DNA of 64,000 bases, from IMG/VR virus record IMGVR_UViG_3300023179_000031, positions 1 to 64,000 of that record. One strand, 5' to 3'. Under the pieces are notes generated by a model, which saw only the letters and a program-made list of their open reading frames with translations, made no database searches and had not been told where the DNA came from. A program made the position numbers and the translations under genes. Positions 17,365 to 26,991 of this stretch are shown piece after piece. This stretch comes from a virus. Each line of letters begins with the position of its first letter. Within the stretch, counting starts at the first letter, position 1.

Positions 17365-18141
17365 ATGAATACTCTCCTTAAATTTTTAGTTCTAATCTGT
17401 TTATTTTGTGGAAATAGTTTAGCTGGAACAATAGACCCAAATGTTCCAGACGAAAAATATATTGAATACGGCAAAAAACACCAGTGCGTGGTGGAGCTTG
17501 GTGGCATAGATAAAGGAAGCGGAAAGAAGTTTTTTGCTTCAGCCGTAATTATTAAGCCCAAAATTATACTAACAGCCGCCCATATTTTATCAGAAGCAGT
17601 AAATGAAAAATCGTTTATCTTACTGGATAAGGATAATAAAATTAATATTGTAGCGTCTATTTATCCAGCAGAGTACAATAAAGACACATTTGCCGTAAAA
17701 GATATAGCTATAGGATTTCTAGAAAAAGAAGCAATATTAGACTTTTATCCAGAATTGTATGGCAAAGATGATGAAGTTGGTAAAATTTGCAGTATTTCTG
17801 GAATGGGCATAACCGGAAACCATAAAAGCGGAACAACTAATCATGATGGTCATAAGCGGGCTGGCTCAAATATAGTTGATGAAACATTTAAAGAGTTGTT
17901 GATATGCTCTTTAAACAAAGGCACAAAAACAAGTTTAGAGTTTTTAATTGCCAATGGAGATAGCGGCGGTGGACTATTCATTGATAAAAAGTTAGCTGGC
18001 ATAAATTCATGCGTTATGGCTGATGATGGGTCTTTAAATTCTAATTACAATGATTGGTCTGGCCACACTAGGGTTAGTATTCATAAGCCTTGGATAGATG
18101 AAATTGTGACAATTTTAGAAAACTTTAAGTCAGAAAAATAA
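17365..18141 (+). CDS. Secreted trypsin-like (S1) serine protease
   Basis: Signal peptide; LTAAH, DIA and GDSGG catalytic triad motifs. Confidence 0.9.
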   Translation: MNTLLKFLVLICLFCGNSLAGTIDPNVPDEKYIEYGKKHQCVVELGGIDKGSGKKFFASAVIIKPKIILTAAHILSEAVNEKSFILLDKDNKINIVASIYPAEYNKDTFAVKDIAIGFLEKEAILDFYPELYGKDDEVGKICSISGMGITGNHKSGTTNHDGHKRAGSNIVDETFKELLICSLNKGTKTSLEFLIANGDSGGGLFIDKKLAGINSCVMADDGSLNSNYNDWSGHTRVSIHKPWIDEIVTILENFKSEK

Positions 18142-18207
18142 AAACGCTGTTGACAAAGAGTTTTGAGTAGGCTACAATAGGTAGACCTACATTTTGAAAG
18201 ATTGAAC

Positions 18208-18474
18208 ATGATAAACGCCAAAAAAGCTCTATATTTAGATAATAAGAAAAAAATCCAATCCATACTTAATGAGGTTGGTCATCTACATATGCTTCAATAT
18301 TTGATTGAAGAGCTAGATCAATTTGATATTAATACTAATGCTGATCTATGGATATTAAGAGCATCTGAAGGCTTAGAACATGCGTATCATGCATTTTTAG
18401 TTAGAGATAATGTTGACGAGAATAATATAGAAATGGAGTGCGACGATGAGATTGGATCAAGCCCAGTTGGTTAA
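18208..18474 (+). CDS. Hypothetical protein
   Basis: Follows promoter TTGACA-17-TACAAT (18150-18178). Confidence 0.6.
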   Translation: MINAKKALYLDNKKKIQSILNEVGHLHMLQYLIEELDQFDINTNADLWILRASEGLEHAYHAFLVRDNVDENNIEMECDDEIGSSPVG

Positions 18475-18811
18475 GATGGGTCAGAAATTGTACAACGCAT
18501 TGCTAGAAGAAGTTGTAGTAACATCTATTTTTGTCAACGTAAAGCCAGAACACAAGTGTGATGCTATTATCTTTAGCACTGTGAACACTAGGCTACACAA
18601 AGAAAGCTATTCATTCGAAGATCTTTATTTTGATCTTGATGACGTATGCGATGAAGAAAAAAGTTTTATCAGTTGGACTCAAGAGAATATAGATTTAATT
18701 CTAGCTAACGAAGAATCATTCAGAGCAATAAAGATTGCCTATATGGCTGGATTCGGAAACGGATTCGCACACAAAAGAAAGATCACACACGAAGAGGCTA
18801 TGCAAAAGTAA
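18446..18811 (+). CDS. Hypothetical protein
   Basis: GGAG RBS; overlapping ORF. Confidence 0.6.
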   Translation: MRLDQAQLVKMGQKLYNALLEEVVVTSIFVNVKPEHKCDAIIFSTVNTRLHKESYSFEDLYFDLDDVCDEEKSFISWTQENIDLILANEESFRAIKIAYMAGFGNGFAHKRKITHEEAMQK

Positions 18812-18813
18812 TC

Positions 18814-19137
18814 ATGTTTAATAAACTAATCTCGTTACTTTTTAAAACTAAAGATGACTTTGAATCAAGATCATACAAGTGGACAAAACTTAGAAAAGAA
18901 TTTTTAGAGATAAATCCAAACTGTGCTGCTTGTGGGAGAAATAAAAAATTAGAAGTACACCACATAAAGCCCTATCATTTAAATCCAGATTTAGAATTTG
19001 ACTATAATAACTTAATTGTATTATGTGATGACCCTTGCCATTTTGTGTTTGGACATTTAATGAATTATCGTAGCTGGAATGAAAGCGTAGTTGAGGACTG
19101 CAAGACATATTATGAGAAACTTAAAAATAGACCTTAG
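18814..19137 (+). CDS. HNH endonuclease
   Basis: W.KLRK.FL...CAACG...LEVHHIKP...NLIVLC..PCH. Confidence 0.85.
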   Translation: MFNKLISLLFKTKDDFESRSYKWTKLRKEFLEINPNCAACGRNKKLEVHHIKPYHLNPDLEFDYNNLIVLCDDPCHFVFGHLMNYRSWNESVVEDCKTYYEKLKNRP

Positions 19138-19215
19138 ATCTTGTTCAATAGCTATTATTGGTGGATTTTGGGTTGGATACGTATTGAGGTTTGTGCTAGA
19201 TTGTTTAGGACTATT

Positions 19216-19449
19216 ATGACAATTTCTGAAATTAAAAAGTGGGCAAAGGAAAAGAACTACGAAGTAATCAAAGACAAAGCAGATGGTCTTTATTATTGGG
19301 CTAAATTAGATGCTGGACCAGAAGCTAGCGGAGTAGCTAAAAGTGTTAGCAAAGTAGCAACTGCAATATTCAATCACTTAACTGACAATCAATGGTTAGA
19401 ACATCAAACAAAATTTCAAGAAAACAGGACATTCTATGAGCTACATTAA
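19216..19449 (+). CDS. Hypothetical protein
   Basis: AGGA RBS before ATG19216. Confidence 0.6.
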   Translation: MTISEIKKWAKEKNYEVIKDKADGLYYWAKLDAGPEASGVAKSVSKVATAIFNHLTDNQWLEHQTKFQENRTFYELH

Positions 19450-20086
19450 ATTGATAAGTCTTACGCCAGACGCAGAAAACCTAATGGCGTATTGTGCTAG
19501 AGTATCCAATCCTAGTAATCAGAACAATGAAAATTGTGAAAAGCTATTGGCTTACTGTATTAAGAATCAACACTGGAGTATATTTGAACAAGCTTTTATG
19601 ACGGTTGAAGTAAATACAACAAGAGGTATAGCCGCACAAATCCTTCGTCATAGAAGTTTTACATTTCAAGAGTTCAGCCAGAGATATGCTGACACAACAT
19701 TGCTAGCCAAAGATATTCCTCTATTTGAACTTAGACGGCAAGATACTAAGAATAGACAAAACAGTATTGATGATATATCTGATGAAATTAAAACAAAGTG
19801 GAATACACAAATACGTGAACACTTCGCTAAGTCAAAAGCTATTTATGATGGCATGGTAGCAGATGGCATTGCTAAAGAATGTGCTAGATTCGTATTACCA
19901 TTAGCCACTCCAACAAGACTATACATGAGCGGATCGATACGATCTTGGATTCACTATATAGACTTACGATCATCTCATGGAACACAGAAGGAACATATGG
20001 ACATAGCTAATAATATCAAAGAAATTTTCAAATATCAATTACCTATTGTTTCTAAATCTTTGGGGTGGACAAATGATAAAGCTTGA
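19436..20086 (+). CDS. thyX: FAD-dependent thymidylate synthase
   Basis: RHRSFTFQEFSQRY signature; HWSIFE; ECARFVLP. Confidence 0.95.
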   Translation: MSYIKLISLTPDAENLMAYCARVSNPSNQNNENCEKLLAYCIKNQHWSIFEQAFMTVEVNTTRGIAAQILRHRSFTFQEFSQRYADTTLLAKDIPLFELRRQDTKNRQNSIDDISDEIKTKWNTQIREHFAKSKAIYDGMVADGIAKECARFVLPLATPTRLYMSGSIRSWIHYIDLRSSHGTQKEHMDIANNIKEIFKYQLPIVSKSLGWTNDKA

Positions 20087-20372
20087 AATGCATGAGAGCG
20101 ACATTATTAGGGCAATCAAAAATACACAATATTCACCAATCCAATACCTAGCATCTAGATTTTTCAAACAAGATCTAAGAGATATAGATGTTGGCAGTGA
20201 TTGCGTAGTAATTTGGGAATATGAAGCAGATGATTATATCTCTTATAAGTATTGCAAAGAAGATATAGAAAATGTCAGAAATTTTATAGATGCTTGGGAA
20301 GACTTTAAGGACAATAAAACAGAAGACTTTGTAGAAAACACATTAACATTTTGCGTGGAGGAATTGCGATGA
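20073..20372 (+). CDS. Acidic hypothetical protein
   Basis: Coupled ORF. Confidence 0.6.
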   Translation: MIKLEMHESDIIRAIKNTQYSPIQYLASRFFKQDLRDIDVGSDCVVIWEYEADDYISYKYCKEDIENVRNFIDAWEDFKDNKTEDFVENTLTFCVEELR

Positions 20373-20464
20373 TACTTGATCTTATTTCTATATATGGACT
20401 GTACTCAACTCTAATTCTGATGGGTCATTCTCCAGAGGACGCAAAAAAAATTCAAGAGAGCCAC

Positions 20465-20492
20465 TTGACAGTGCCGATGAATGAAGTATAAT
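20465..20492 (+). promoter_or_regulatory. sigma70-type promoter for the rII-like operon
   Basis: TTGACA-16 nt (contains CCGAT)-TATAAT. Confidence 0.75.
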
Positions 20493-20538
20493 CACGCTGT
20501 AGTCAGTAACCTAGCACCTATTTGGAGAACAAGCAATT

Positions 20539-22644
20539 ATGAAACTGCATTCTAGCACCAACGTCATTGAGAAGTCTGGTAATTTTGAAGAGTCGAAGTT
20601 CAGTATTGAGGCTTCCTCTAAGGCATTCTTTATCCTTTCTGACGGCTTGTATTCTAACAAGATTCTTGCCGTTGTGCGTGAGCTTTCTACTAACGCATAT
20701 GACTCGCACGTTGATGCTGGCAAGGCTCATATTCCTTTTGATGTGCATTTGCCCACTGCGATTCAGCCCCACTTTTACATTCGTGACTACGGCACAAGCA
20801 TGAGTCACGACAATTGTATGCAGCTTTATACTACGTATTTCCGTAGTACTCGCAACAATAGCAACGATGCCGTTGGTTGCCTTGGTCTTGGCAGCAAGGC
20901 TCCATTTGCCTACTCCGATAGCTTTACCGTCGAAGCTTATCTTGATGGTAAGAAGCGTTTGTATACTGGCTACAAGAATGAGGATGGTAGCCCCACGTTC
21001 TCTTTGCTTGACGAAGTTGATACTACTGAGCCTAATGGCATCAAGGTTTCTATCAACGTCAAGAGCGATGACGTTTACCGATTTGTACGTGAAGCAAATA
21101 AGGTATACGAATTCTTCAAGGTTCGCCCCAACTTTATTGGCGAGAAGATCAACTATGCACAACCCGCAAAGGTTCTTGAAGGTGACAACTGGTTCTTTGA
21201 TGACAATGAATCATCTAATCTGATTATCATGGGTCAAATTGCTTACCCGCTTGATTACTCTCAGATTATGAATCAAGATACTAACAATTCTGAAGCAAAG
21301 TTCGTTGAATATTCCAGTGGCCTGCGTATCTTTGTAAATATCGGTGACGTTGACATTACTCCTAGTCGTGAGTCTTTGTCTTATAGCACCGAGACTAAGA
21401 AGAACATTCGCAACGTCGTGAGGAATATCGCTAATGATATTGCTAACAAGATTGAGCAGCAAATCAAGAATCAACCTACGCTGTTTAAGGCACGACAGAA
21501 GTATGTTCAGATTAGTGATCAGTGTTCATCCATCAAGTCTGCTGTTGATTCTCTCCAGAAGTCTATCGTATGGAATGATATCAAGCTGTTCGATAGCATT
21601 GCTGGTGAAAGTATTGATATTAAGAACAAGATTTCTTGCAAGTCTCTGTATAAGGGTGTTTATCGTAAGAAGATTGATACTGATACCCCTGAGAGAATGC
21701 ACTTTGGAAATAGTCATAAGTATGTTGTTGATGATCTGCCTCGCGGTGGCATCAGCAGGCTTAAGCAGCATATGCGAGAGTCATACGACAGTGTAACCTA
21801 TTATGTGTACAAGCTTGACTCTAATGAAACGATTGATAACTGCCTCATGTATGATGTTATGGGTGGAGCAACTAAAGAAGACGTTGTGTTTACTTCTAGC
21901 TTGCCAAAGGTAGAATATAATCGCCAGAGTAGCGGTGGATCGTCTGACGGTCCTGCAATTCAGGCTCAAGTTTTCAACGAGGAAACTGGTAAGTTTGAAG
22001 CATGTAACATGAGTGTCAAGTATGAAAATGCCCACTACTTCACTGAAGCAAAGGGTGACGTTAAGATTGGATACTCTGATATCACTGAAGAATATCTGCG
22101 TGGTGTTCTGTGTTTTATTCATGATAAGTATCCTGAAATGATTGGTGATGCCACGTTCTATATGATTAAGCCATCTGTTGTTAAAAACAGGAAGCTTAAT
22201 GAGCGTAGCAACTGGTCTGATGGTTGCAGGATGTTGGAAAAGATTTTCTCAACCGCAGTTGAGCAAAATTACGATAACATCATTAAGGTACACAGTCGCT
22301 ATGCACTGTCTCACCAAAGGAATGATAGGTGGACCGACGTTCTTAAGATGACGCAGACAAATGGTAGGGCAAAGCAAATCATGGAAGAGTATAATGAGTA
22401 TACCAGCGCTATTGACAACATTGGTAGCGACATGTATACTATTCAGACGATGGCACAGAAGTTGCACAACGTTCAGCCTGTCAACTTCAGTAACGTGAAG
22501 ATCAACAATGATAAGTTTGCTAATGAGTTTGATAAAGAGATGAAGAAGTATCCTCTGCTTAAGGTTATCTCTAGCGTATGGAGTGATACTGATCGTAAGC
22601 TTGTGGCTGAGTACATCGATAGCGTTGAAAATACTACACTGTGA
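20539..22644 (+). CDS. rIIA: rIIA-like protein with N-terminal GHKL ATPase
   Basis: LYSNKILAVVRELSTNAYDSH, RDYG, GCLGLGSKAPFAY and PSRESLSY motifs. Confidence 0.88.
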   Translation: MKLHSSTNVIEKSGNFEESKFSIEASSKAFFILSDGLYSNKILAVVRELSTNAYDSHVDAGKAHIPFDVHLPTAIQPHFYIRDYGTSMSHDNCMQLYTTYFRSTRNNSNDAVGCLGLGSKAPFAYSDSFTVEAYLDGKKRLYTGYKNEDGSPTFSLLDEVDTTEPNGIKVSINVKSDDVYRFVREANKVYEFFKVRPNFIGEKINYAQPAKVLEGDNWFFDDNESSNLIIMGQIAYPLDYSQIMNQDTNNSEAKFVEYSSGLRIFVNIGDVDITPSRESLSYSTETKKNIRNVVRNIANDIANKIEQQIKNQPTLFKARQKYVQISDQCSSIKSAVDSLQKSIVWNDIKLFDSIAGESIDIKNKISCKSLYKGVYRKKIDTDTPERMHFGNSHKYVVDDLPRGGISRLKQHMRESYDSVTYYVYKLDSNETIDNCLMYDVMGGATKEDVVFTSSLPKVEYNRQSSGGSSDGPAIQAQVFNEETGKFEACNMSVKYENAHYFTEAKGDVKIGYSDITEEYLRGVLCFIHDKYPEMIGDATFYMIKPSVVKNRKLNERSNWSDGCRMLEKIFSTAVEQNYDNIIKVHSRYALSHQRNDRWTDVLKMTQTNGRAKQIMEEYNEYTSAIDNIGSDMYTIQTMAQKLHNVQPVNFSNVKINNDKFANEFDKEMKKYPLLKVISSVWSDTDRKLVAEYIDSVENTTL

Positions 22645-22667
22645 AAGGTTTAACTAGGAGCAAAATT

Positions 22668-23540
22668 ATGAAATACATTATTACAAATGACGGTGATGTT
22701 ACTGCGGTCGTGAGTGGTGAAACATATAGCTTTGGTAAGTCTCACCCAAATTATCATAAGCTTATTAATCATCTTAAGTCTGGCAATGTTGAACACTTCG
22801 AAGCTTGCTATGATATTGTTTCTCACCTTAATGCTTATTGTGAGGGCTATGTCAACTGTGCTGACGGTGTTCTTAATTGGGATGGCATTAAGATGCCTAA
22901 TATGTTCACCAGCACAATTCTGGATATGGTTAAGCAGGGATTTCCTTTTGAGCCAATGCTTAACTTCCTTGATAATATGAGTCAGAATCCTTCTGATCAT
23001 GCTATCGTTGAATTGTTCGACTTTATGGAGAATAAGCATATGCCTATTACTATGGATGGACACTTCTTGGCATACAAGGCTGTTGGTCCAGACTTCAAGG
23101 ATATTTATTCTCGCACGTTTGATAATTCCGTAGGCAGTGTGTGTTCAGTGCCTCGTAATCAAGTTGATAATAACCGCGACAATGGTTGTGGTAGGGGGTT
23201 GCATGTTGGTGCTATTGATTATGCAAAGTCTTATGGTGGCATTAATATGGATGAGGGCGAAGATAATGATGGTGGTAATCAGCTTATGATTTGTAAGGTT
23301 AATCCACGCGACGTTGTTAGCGTTCCTACAGACCACAAGTTTCAAAAGCTTCGTACATGCCGTTATGAAGTTGTGGCAAAGTTTGACAGCGTGTTCGATA
23401 AAGTTATCCATATGACAGAGCAGGATAAGGCTTATATGGCAACTAAGAAACGTAATCGTGAATGGGTTGTTGAAGTCACCGCAAAGATGGATAAGATCAA
23501 TAATGTTCTTGCCAAAAGGCATCTCTTGATGAATGTCTGA
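22668..23540 (+). CDS. rIIB: rIIB-like protein
   Basis: NPS...LFDF...ITMDGHFLAYK...PRNQVD...CGRGLHVG...VNPRDVVSVP...RTCRYEV; directly follows rIIA. Confidence 0.88.
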   Translation: MKYIITNDGDVTAVVSGETYSFGKSHPNYHKLINHLKSGNVEHFEACYDIVSHLNAYCEGYVNCADGVLNWDGIKMPNMFTSTILDMVKQGFPFEPMLNFLDNMSQNPSDHAIVELFDFMENKHMPITMDGHFLAYKAVGPDFKDIYSRTFDNSVGSVCSVPRNQVDNNRDNGCGRGLHVGAIDYAKSYGGINMDEGEDNDGGNQLMICKVNPRDVVSVPTDHKFQKLRTCRYEVVAKFDSVFDKVIHMTEQDKAYMATKKRNREWVVEVTAKMDKINNVLAKRHLLMNV

Positions 23541-23551
23541 TTGGGCTATTT

Positions 23552-23594
23552 GAGGGTATAACGGGGATGGGGAAACCCAACCCGTTTACTCTTA
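23552..23594 (+). terminator. GAAA-capped hairpin after rIIB
   Basis: AACGGG-GAT-GGG-GAAA-CCC-AA-CCCGTT. Confidence 0.5.
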
Positions 23595-23597
23595 ATC

Positions 23598-23679
23598 GGT
23601 AGATTTCCCGAGCGGTCAAAGGGGTTTGACTGTAAATCAAATGCTATTAGCTTCGTAGGTTCGAATCCTACATCTACCA
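23598..23679 (+). tRNA. tRNA-Tyr(GUA), CCA not encoded
   Basis: Acceptor GGTAGAT/ATCTACC-A; anticodon arm TTTGA-CTGTAAA-TCAAA; long variable arm; T arm GTAGG-TTCGAAT-CCTAC. Confidence 0.93.
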
Positions 23680-23705
23680 ATAATAAAACACAAAGGAATT
23701 ACTCA

Positions 23706-24818
23706 ATGAAAATTAATAATGAACCTAAATTAGACTTTGATGATGTCTTACTCGTTCCACAAAGATCGCAAGCCGCATCGCGGGTCAATGTTTTGGTTGA
23801 TAAAAGATATTCTTTCTATCATTCCACGCAGAAATGGAGTGGCGTTCCATTAATGATAGCAAATATGGATACCACTGGAACATTCGCTATGGCTAATAGT
23901 CTTAAAAAGTTCCAAGCAATTACATGTCTGCATAAACATTATAATATAGAAGATTATGCAGAACATATGACAGATTTTCATACGTGCTGGTATAGCATGG
24001 GAATCAAAAATGAAGATATTACTAAGTTAGAACTATTAGCCACAAAGTTAATTTATATACCTAATATATGTATTGACGTTGCTAATGGTTACACAGATAA
24101 TTTTGTGAGTTTCTGTGCTAAAGTTAGACAAACATTTGGAAGTTATCCAATTATAATGGCTGGCAATGTATGCACTCCAGAAATGGTTCAAGAATTGATT
24201 CTTCACGGTGGAGTAGACATTGTTAAAGTTGGTATTGGCCCCGGTTCGGCGTGTACAACAAGATTAAAAACTGGCGTTGGATATCCACAGTTATCTGCTA
24301 TAGCTGAATGTTCTCATGCCGCTCATGGATTAAAGAGTGAAGACAAGCGTTTAGGATTGATTTGTGCAGATGGGGGATGTAGGATACCGGCAGACGTTGT
24401 AAAGGCTTTTGCAGCCAACGCAGACTTCGTTATGCTAGGTGGAATGTTCGCTGGCACAGAAGAATGCGAGGGAGAATGGGAGTATGAATATCAGTGTAAA
24501 GCGGCTGGATTAGCTGGCCCATTCTGGCAACCATTTGATCCGGGTTATGAAACATTCAAAAGAAAGAAAAGTCTTACATTTTATGGAATGAGTTCTCACA
24601 AGGCCCAAAATAAATATGGCGGAATTAAAGATTATAGGGCTAGCGAAGGACGGGTAGTTAGAGTAGAATATAAAGGGTACGCAGAAGATGTAATGAAAGA
24701 TATTCTAGGTGGAATCAGAAGTGCTTGTGCTTATGTTGGTGCAGACTCACTAAAAGATTTACCAAAGTGTGCTGAATTTATCCGTGTAAATAGAACTCAT
24801 TTTGATAAGACAATTTAA
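23706..24818 (+). CDS. guaC: GMP reductase
   Basis: LDFDDVLLVP, ANMDTTGT, CIDVANGY, KVGIGPGSACTTR, FYGMSS and YRASEG; no CBS domain. Confidence 0.92.
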   Translation: MKINNEPKLDFDDVLLVPQRSQAASRVNVLVDKRYSFYHSTQKWSGVPLMIANMDTTGTFAMANSLKKFQAITCLHKHYNIEDYAEHMTDFHTCWYSMGIKNEDITKLELLATKLIYIPNICIDVANGYTDNFVSFCAKVRQTFGSYPIIMAGNVCTPEMVQELILHGGVDIVKVGIGPGSACTTRLKTGVGYPQLSAIAECSHAAHGLKSEDKRLGLICADGGCRIPADVVKAFAANADFVMLGGMFAGTEECEGEWEYEYQCKAAGLAGPFWQPFDPGYETFKRKKSLTFYGMSSHKAQNKYGGIKDYRASEGRVVRVEYKGYAEDVMKDILGGIRSACAYVGADSLKDLPKCAEFIRVNRTHFDKTI

Positions 24819-24953
24819 TGGCAGCAATAGTTAGTATTATAATTTCGACACTGTTATACATGATTAATTCGATATCATGCTTTATACAGAAAGATTATTC
24901 TCATTCATTAATGTGGGCTGGATATTCATTTGCTAATTTAGGATTGCTGTGGT

Positions 24954-25400
24954 ATGAATTTAACAAATTGGGATAAAAGATTTTTAGATTTAGCTGAGTT
25001 TATATCATCTTGGTCTAAAGATCCATCCACTAAAGTTGGTGCAGTAGTTGTTGATCAGCAAAATATTATTGTTTCAGTTGGTTTTAATGGATTTCCAAGA
25101 GGAATTAAAGATGACGATAGGTTGAATCATAGAGACACAAAATATTCTGTGATAGTACATGCTGAAAATAACGCATTAATGTTTGCAAAGAGGCCGCTAG
25201 ATGGATGCACAATATATACTTATCCATTCATGCCGTGTCCTAAGTGTGCAGGTATGATTATTCAGTCTGGTATTAAAAGAGTTGTTTCATATCAGAACAC
25301 AATATGTAGAAATAGGTGGGAAATAGATTTCGAAATATCCAGAGGGCTATTCAATGAAGCTAACATACAACTGGAGGAATGGCCGCATGGAAGAGAATAA
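24954..25400 (+). CDS. dCMP deaminase
   Basis: WSKDPSTKVGAV, GFNG, HAENNA and PCPKC. Confidence 0.92.
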   Translation: MNLTNWDKRFLDLAEFISSWSKDPSTKVGAVVVDQQNIIVSVGFNGFPRGIKDDDRLNHRDTKYSVIVHAENNALMFAKRPLDGCTIYTYPFMPCPKCAGMIIQSGIKRVVSYQNTICRNRWEIDFEISRGLFNEANIQLEEWPHGRE

Positions 25401-25590
25401 AAAAGATGTTGAAGAAATGCTACAATTAATACAGGAATGTATTAAGAATGATAACTTAGTATTCTTAGCAACACTAATATGTAAACTTCAGAAAGATTAT
25501 GAGGATATAGCTAAATTAAGTACATATGGACAATATCTTCCAACGTGGACACACAAACAGGTTTTAGATTTTATCACTTATGAAACATGA
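25387..25590 (+). CDS. Hypothetical protein
   Basis: GGAGG RBS. Confidence 0.55.
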   Translation: MEENKKDVEEMLQLIQECIKNDNLVFLATLICKLQKDYEDIAKLSTYGQYLPTWTHKQVLDFITYET

Positions 25591-25636
25591 TGGTTGCAAG
25601 TTTTTGTTACGCACGGTATAATAAAAAGGAGGACAT

Positions 25637-25813
25637 ATGAAAGTTTTAGAGATGGCTGAAGCTCACCTTCAAACGGTGGCAAAAGCAATTGTTGATTTGA
25701 ATAATCAAAAGAATGCTATTGAACAAGAAATCAATAAGCTAAATGAGTATCTACATCTAGGTCGAGAAGAAGTTAATAAAGCTAGATCTAATGTAGCAAA
25801 TGTGGTCGAGTAA
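25637..25813 (+). CDS. Small coiled-coil protein (58 aa)
   Basis: Promoter TTGCAA-17-TATAAT (25594-25622); AAGGAGG RBS. Confidence 0.65.
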   Translation: MKVLEMAEAHLQTVAKAIVDLNNQKNAIEQEINKLNEYLHLGREEVNKARSNVANVVE

Positions 25814-25838
25814 AAGAAATCATTTTAGGAGATTAGCT

Positions 25839-26159
25839 ATGAAGTTTAATGAGTTTTATGATCGTTTGGATAATATTGCATTTTCATATCATTGGGATGT
25901 TGATAGCAACAATAAGCTAGTTGCTACAATCCAGAGTGGCCCAGCTAGGGGCTTTACTCTAAATCCAATTACAGCACTAGCACACAAGTCTGGACTTGGC
26001 TTTTTTAGGAATACGAGAGAAGATACTGAGTTTGCAGCAAGTCTTCTAGGTATTTCACGAAGGCTGGCTAGAAATATTTATAGTGCCACACTTGGTACAT
26101 ATAATCGTGGAAATACACAGGTTGTTCGTGGAAGAATTCGTAACGCACTGGAGGTATGA
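25839..26159 (+). CDS. Hypothetical protein
   Basis: AGGAG RBS. Confidence 0.65.
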   Translation: MKFNEFYDRLDNIAFSYHWDVDSNNKLVATIQSGPARGFTLNPITALAHKSGLGFFRNTREDTEFAASLLGISRRLARNIYSATLGTYNRGNTQVVRGRIRNALEV

Positions 26160-26163
26160 TAGC

Positions 26164-26505
26164 ATGAATATTAACACTTGGCTTGGTTGCGGCAGACTAA
26201 CAAAGGATGCAGAATTTAGCGTAACACAGAAGGGTACTTCTATGGCTAAGTTTCGCATGGCTGTTAATGATCGGCGTAATGATGACACTCTATATCTAAA
26301 TGTTCTTTGTTTTGGTAAGATGGCTGAAGCACTTAAGGATCATTTGAGTAAGGGTAGACTAGTTGGTGTGCAAGGTAAGATTAAGATTGATGACTACCAA
26401 GATAAGGAAGGCAATCAGCGAAATTCAGTTTGCGTAATGGCAGATGAAATTTCCCTTGGACCTTCTGGCGGTACAACTCAGGATATTAAAGAAACAGTTG
26501 CCTGA
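26164..26505 (+). CDS. ssb: Single-stranded DNA-binding protein
   Basis: GRLTKDAE...F.MAVN...FGKMAE...KGRLVGVQG...YQDKEG OB-fold pattern; no acidic DDDIPF tail. Confidence 0.9.
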   Translation: MNINTWLGCGRLTKDAEFSVTQKGTSMAKFRMAVNDRRNDDTLYLNVLCFGKMAEALKDHLSKGRLVGVQGKIKIDDYQDKEGNQRNSVCVMADEISLGPSGGTTQDIKETVA

Positions 26506-26531
26506 ATCTAACTAGCATCCCTTTTATGAAG

Positions 26532-26570
26532 TGGCCCGATAACCAACTTGGCGTATCGGGCCATTTCTAT
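26532..26570 (+). terminator. Rho-independent terminator
   Basis: TGGCCCGATA...TATCGGGCCA followed by TTTCT. Confidence 0.6.
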
Positions 26571-26631
26571 TTAAGGTTGGCTCTTGACTTTGACGATGAT
26601 CATGGTATCATACGTAAGAGGAGAAAAAACT

Positions 26632-26991
26632 ATGAATCCACAACCATCAGAAACTGTAGGACAGGTGTGGGCATTAATTTTTGTGTTTGGTATTGCAGTT
26701 TTTGCTATCAAAGCTTTCTTTGAGGCCGATGTACATAAACAGCCACTAGATTTGTTTACTCTTGGATATATTGAAGATAATGGCCCATCTGTTATCAATA
26801 ATACCACAACTAATAATTTTTATGAAAGCCCCAAGGATAACAAGATTACCAAGTTGCAGTTAGATTGTATTGACACTCTTATTGCGATTGGATACAAAAA
26901 GAGGGTTGCTAGAAAAATGGTTCTTGATTACTTTAAAAATAATACCGCGACTAGCGTACAAGAATTTATATCGGACGTACTTAAAAAATGA
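26632..26991 (+). CDS. Membrane protein with RuvA-C-like C-terminus
   Basis: TM segment; C-terminal DCIDTLIAIGYKKRVA; promoter TTGACT-16-TATCAT (26584-26611). Confidence 0.6.
   Translation: MNPQPSETVGQVWALIFVFGIAVFAIKAFFEADVHKQPLDLFTLGYIEDNGPSVINNTTTNNFYESPKDNKITKLQLDCIDTLIAIGYKKRVARKMVLDYFKNNTATSVQEFISDVLKK

Noticed and set aside
23706-24818. IMP dehydrogenase (guaB)
   Set aside because: ANMDTTGT, CIDVANGY and FYGMSS motifs and the lack of CBS domains fit GMP reductase better.
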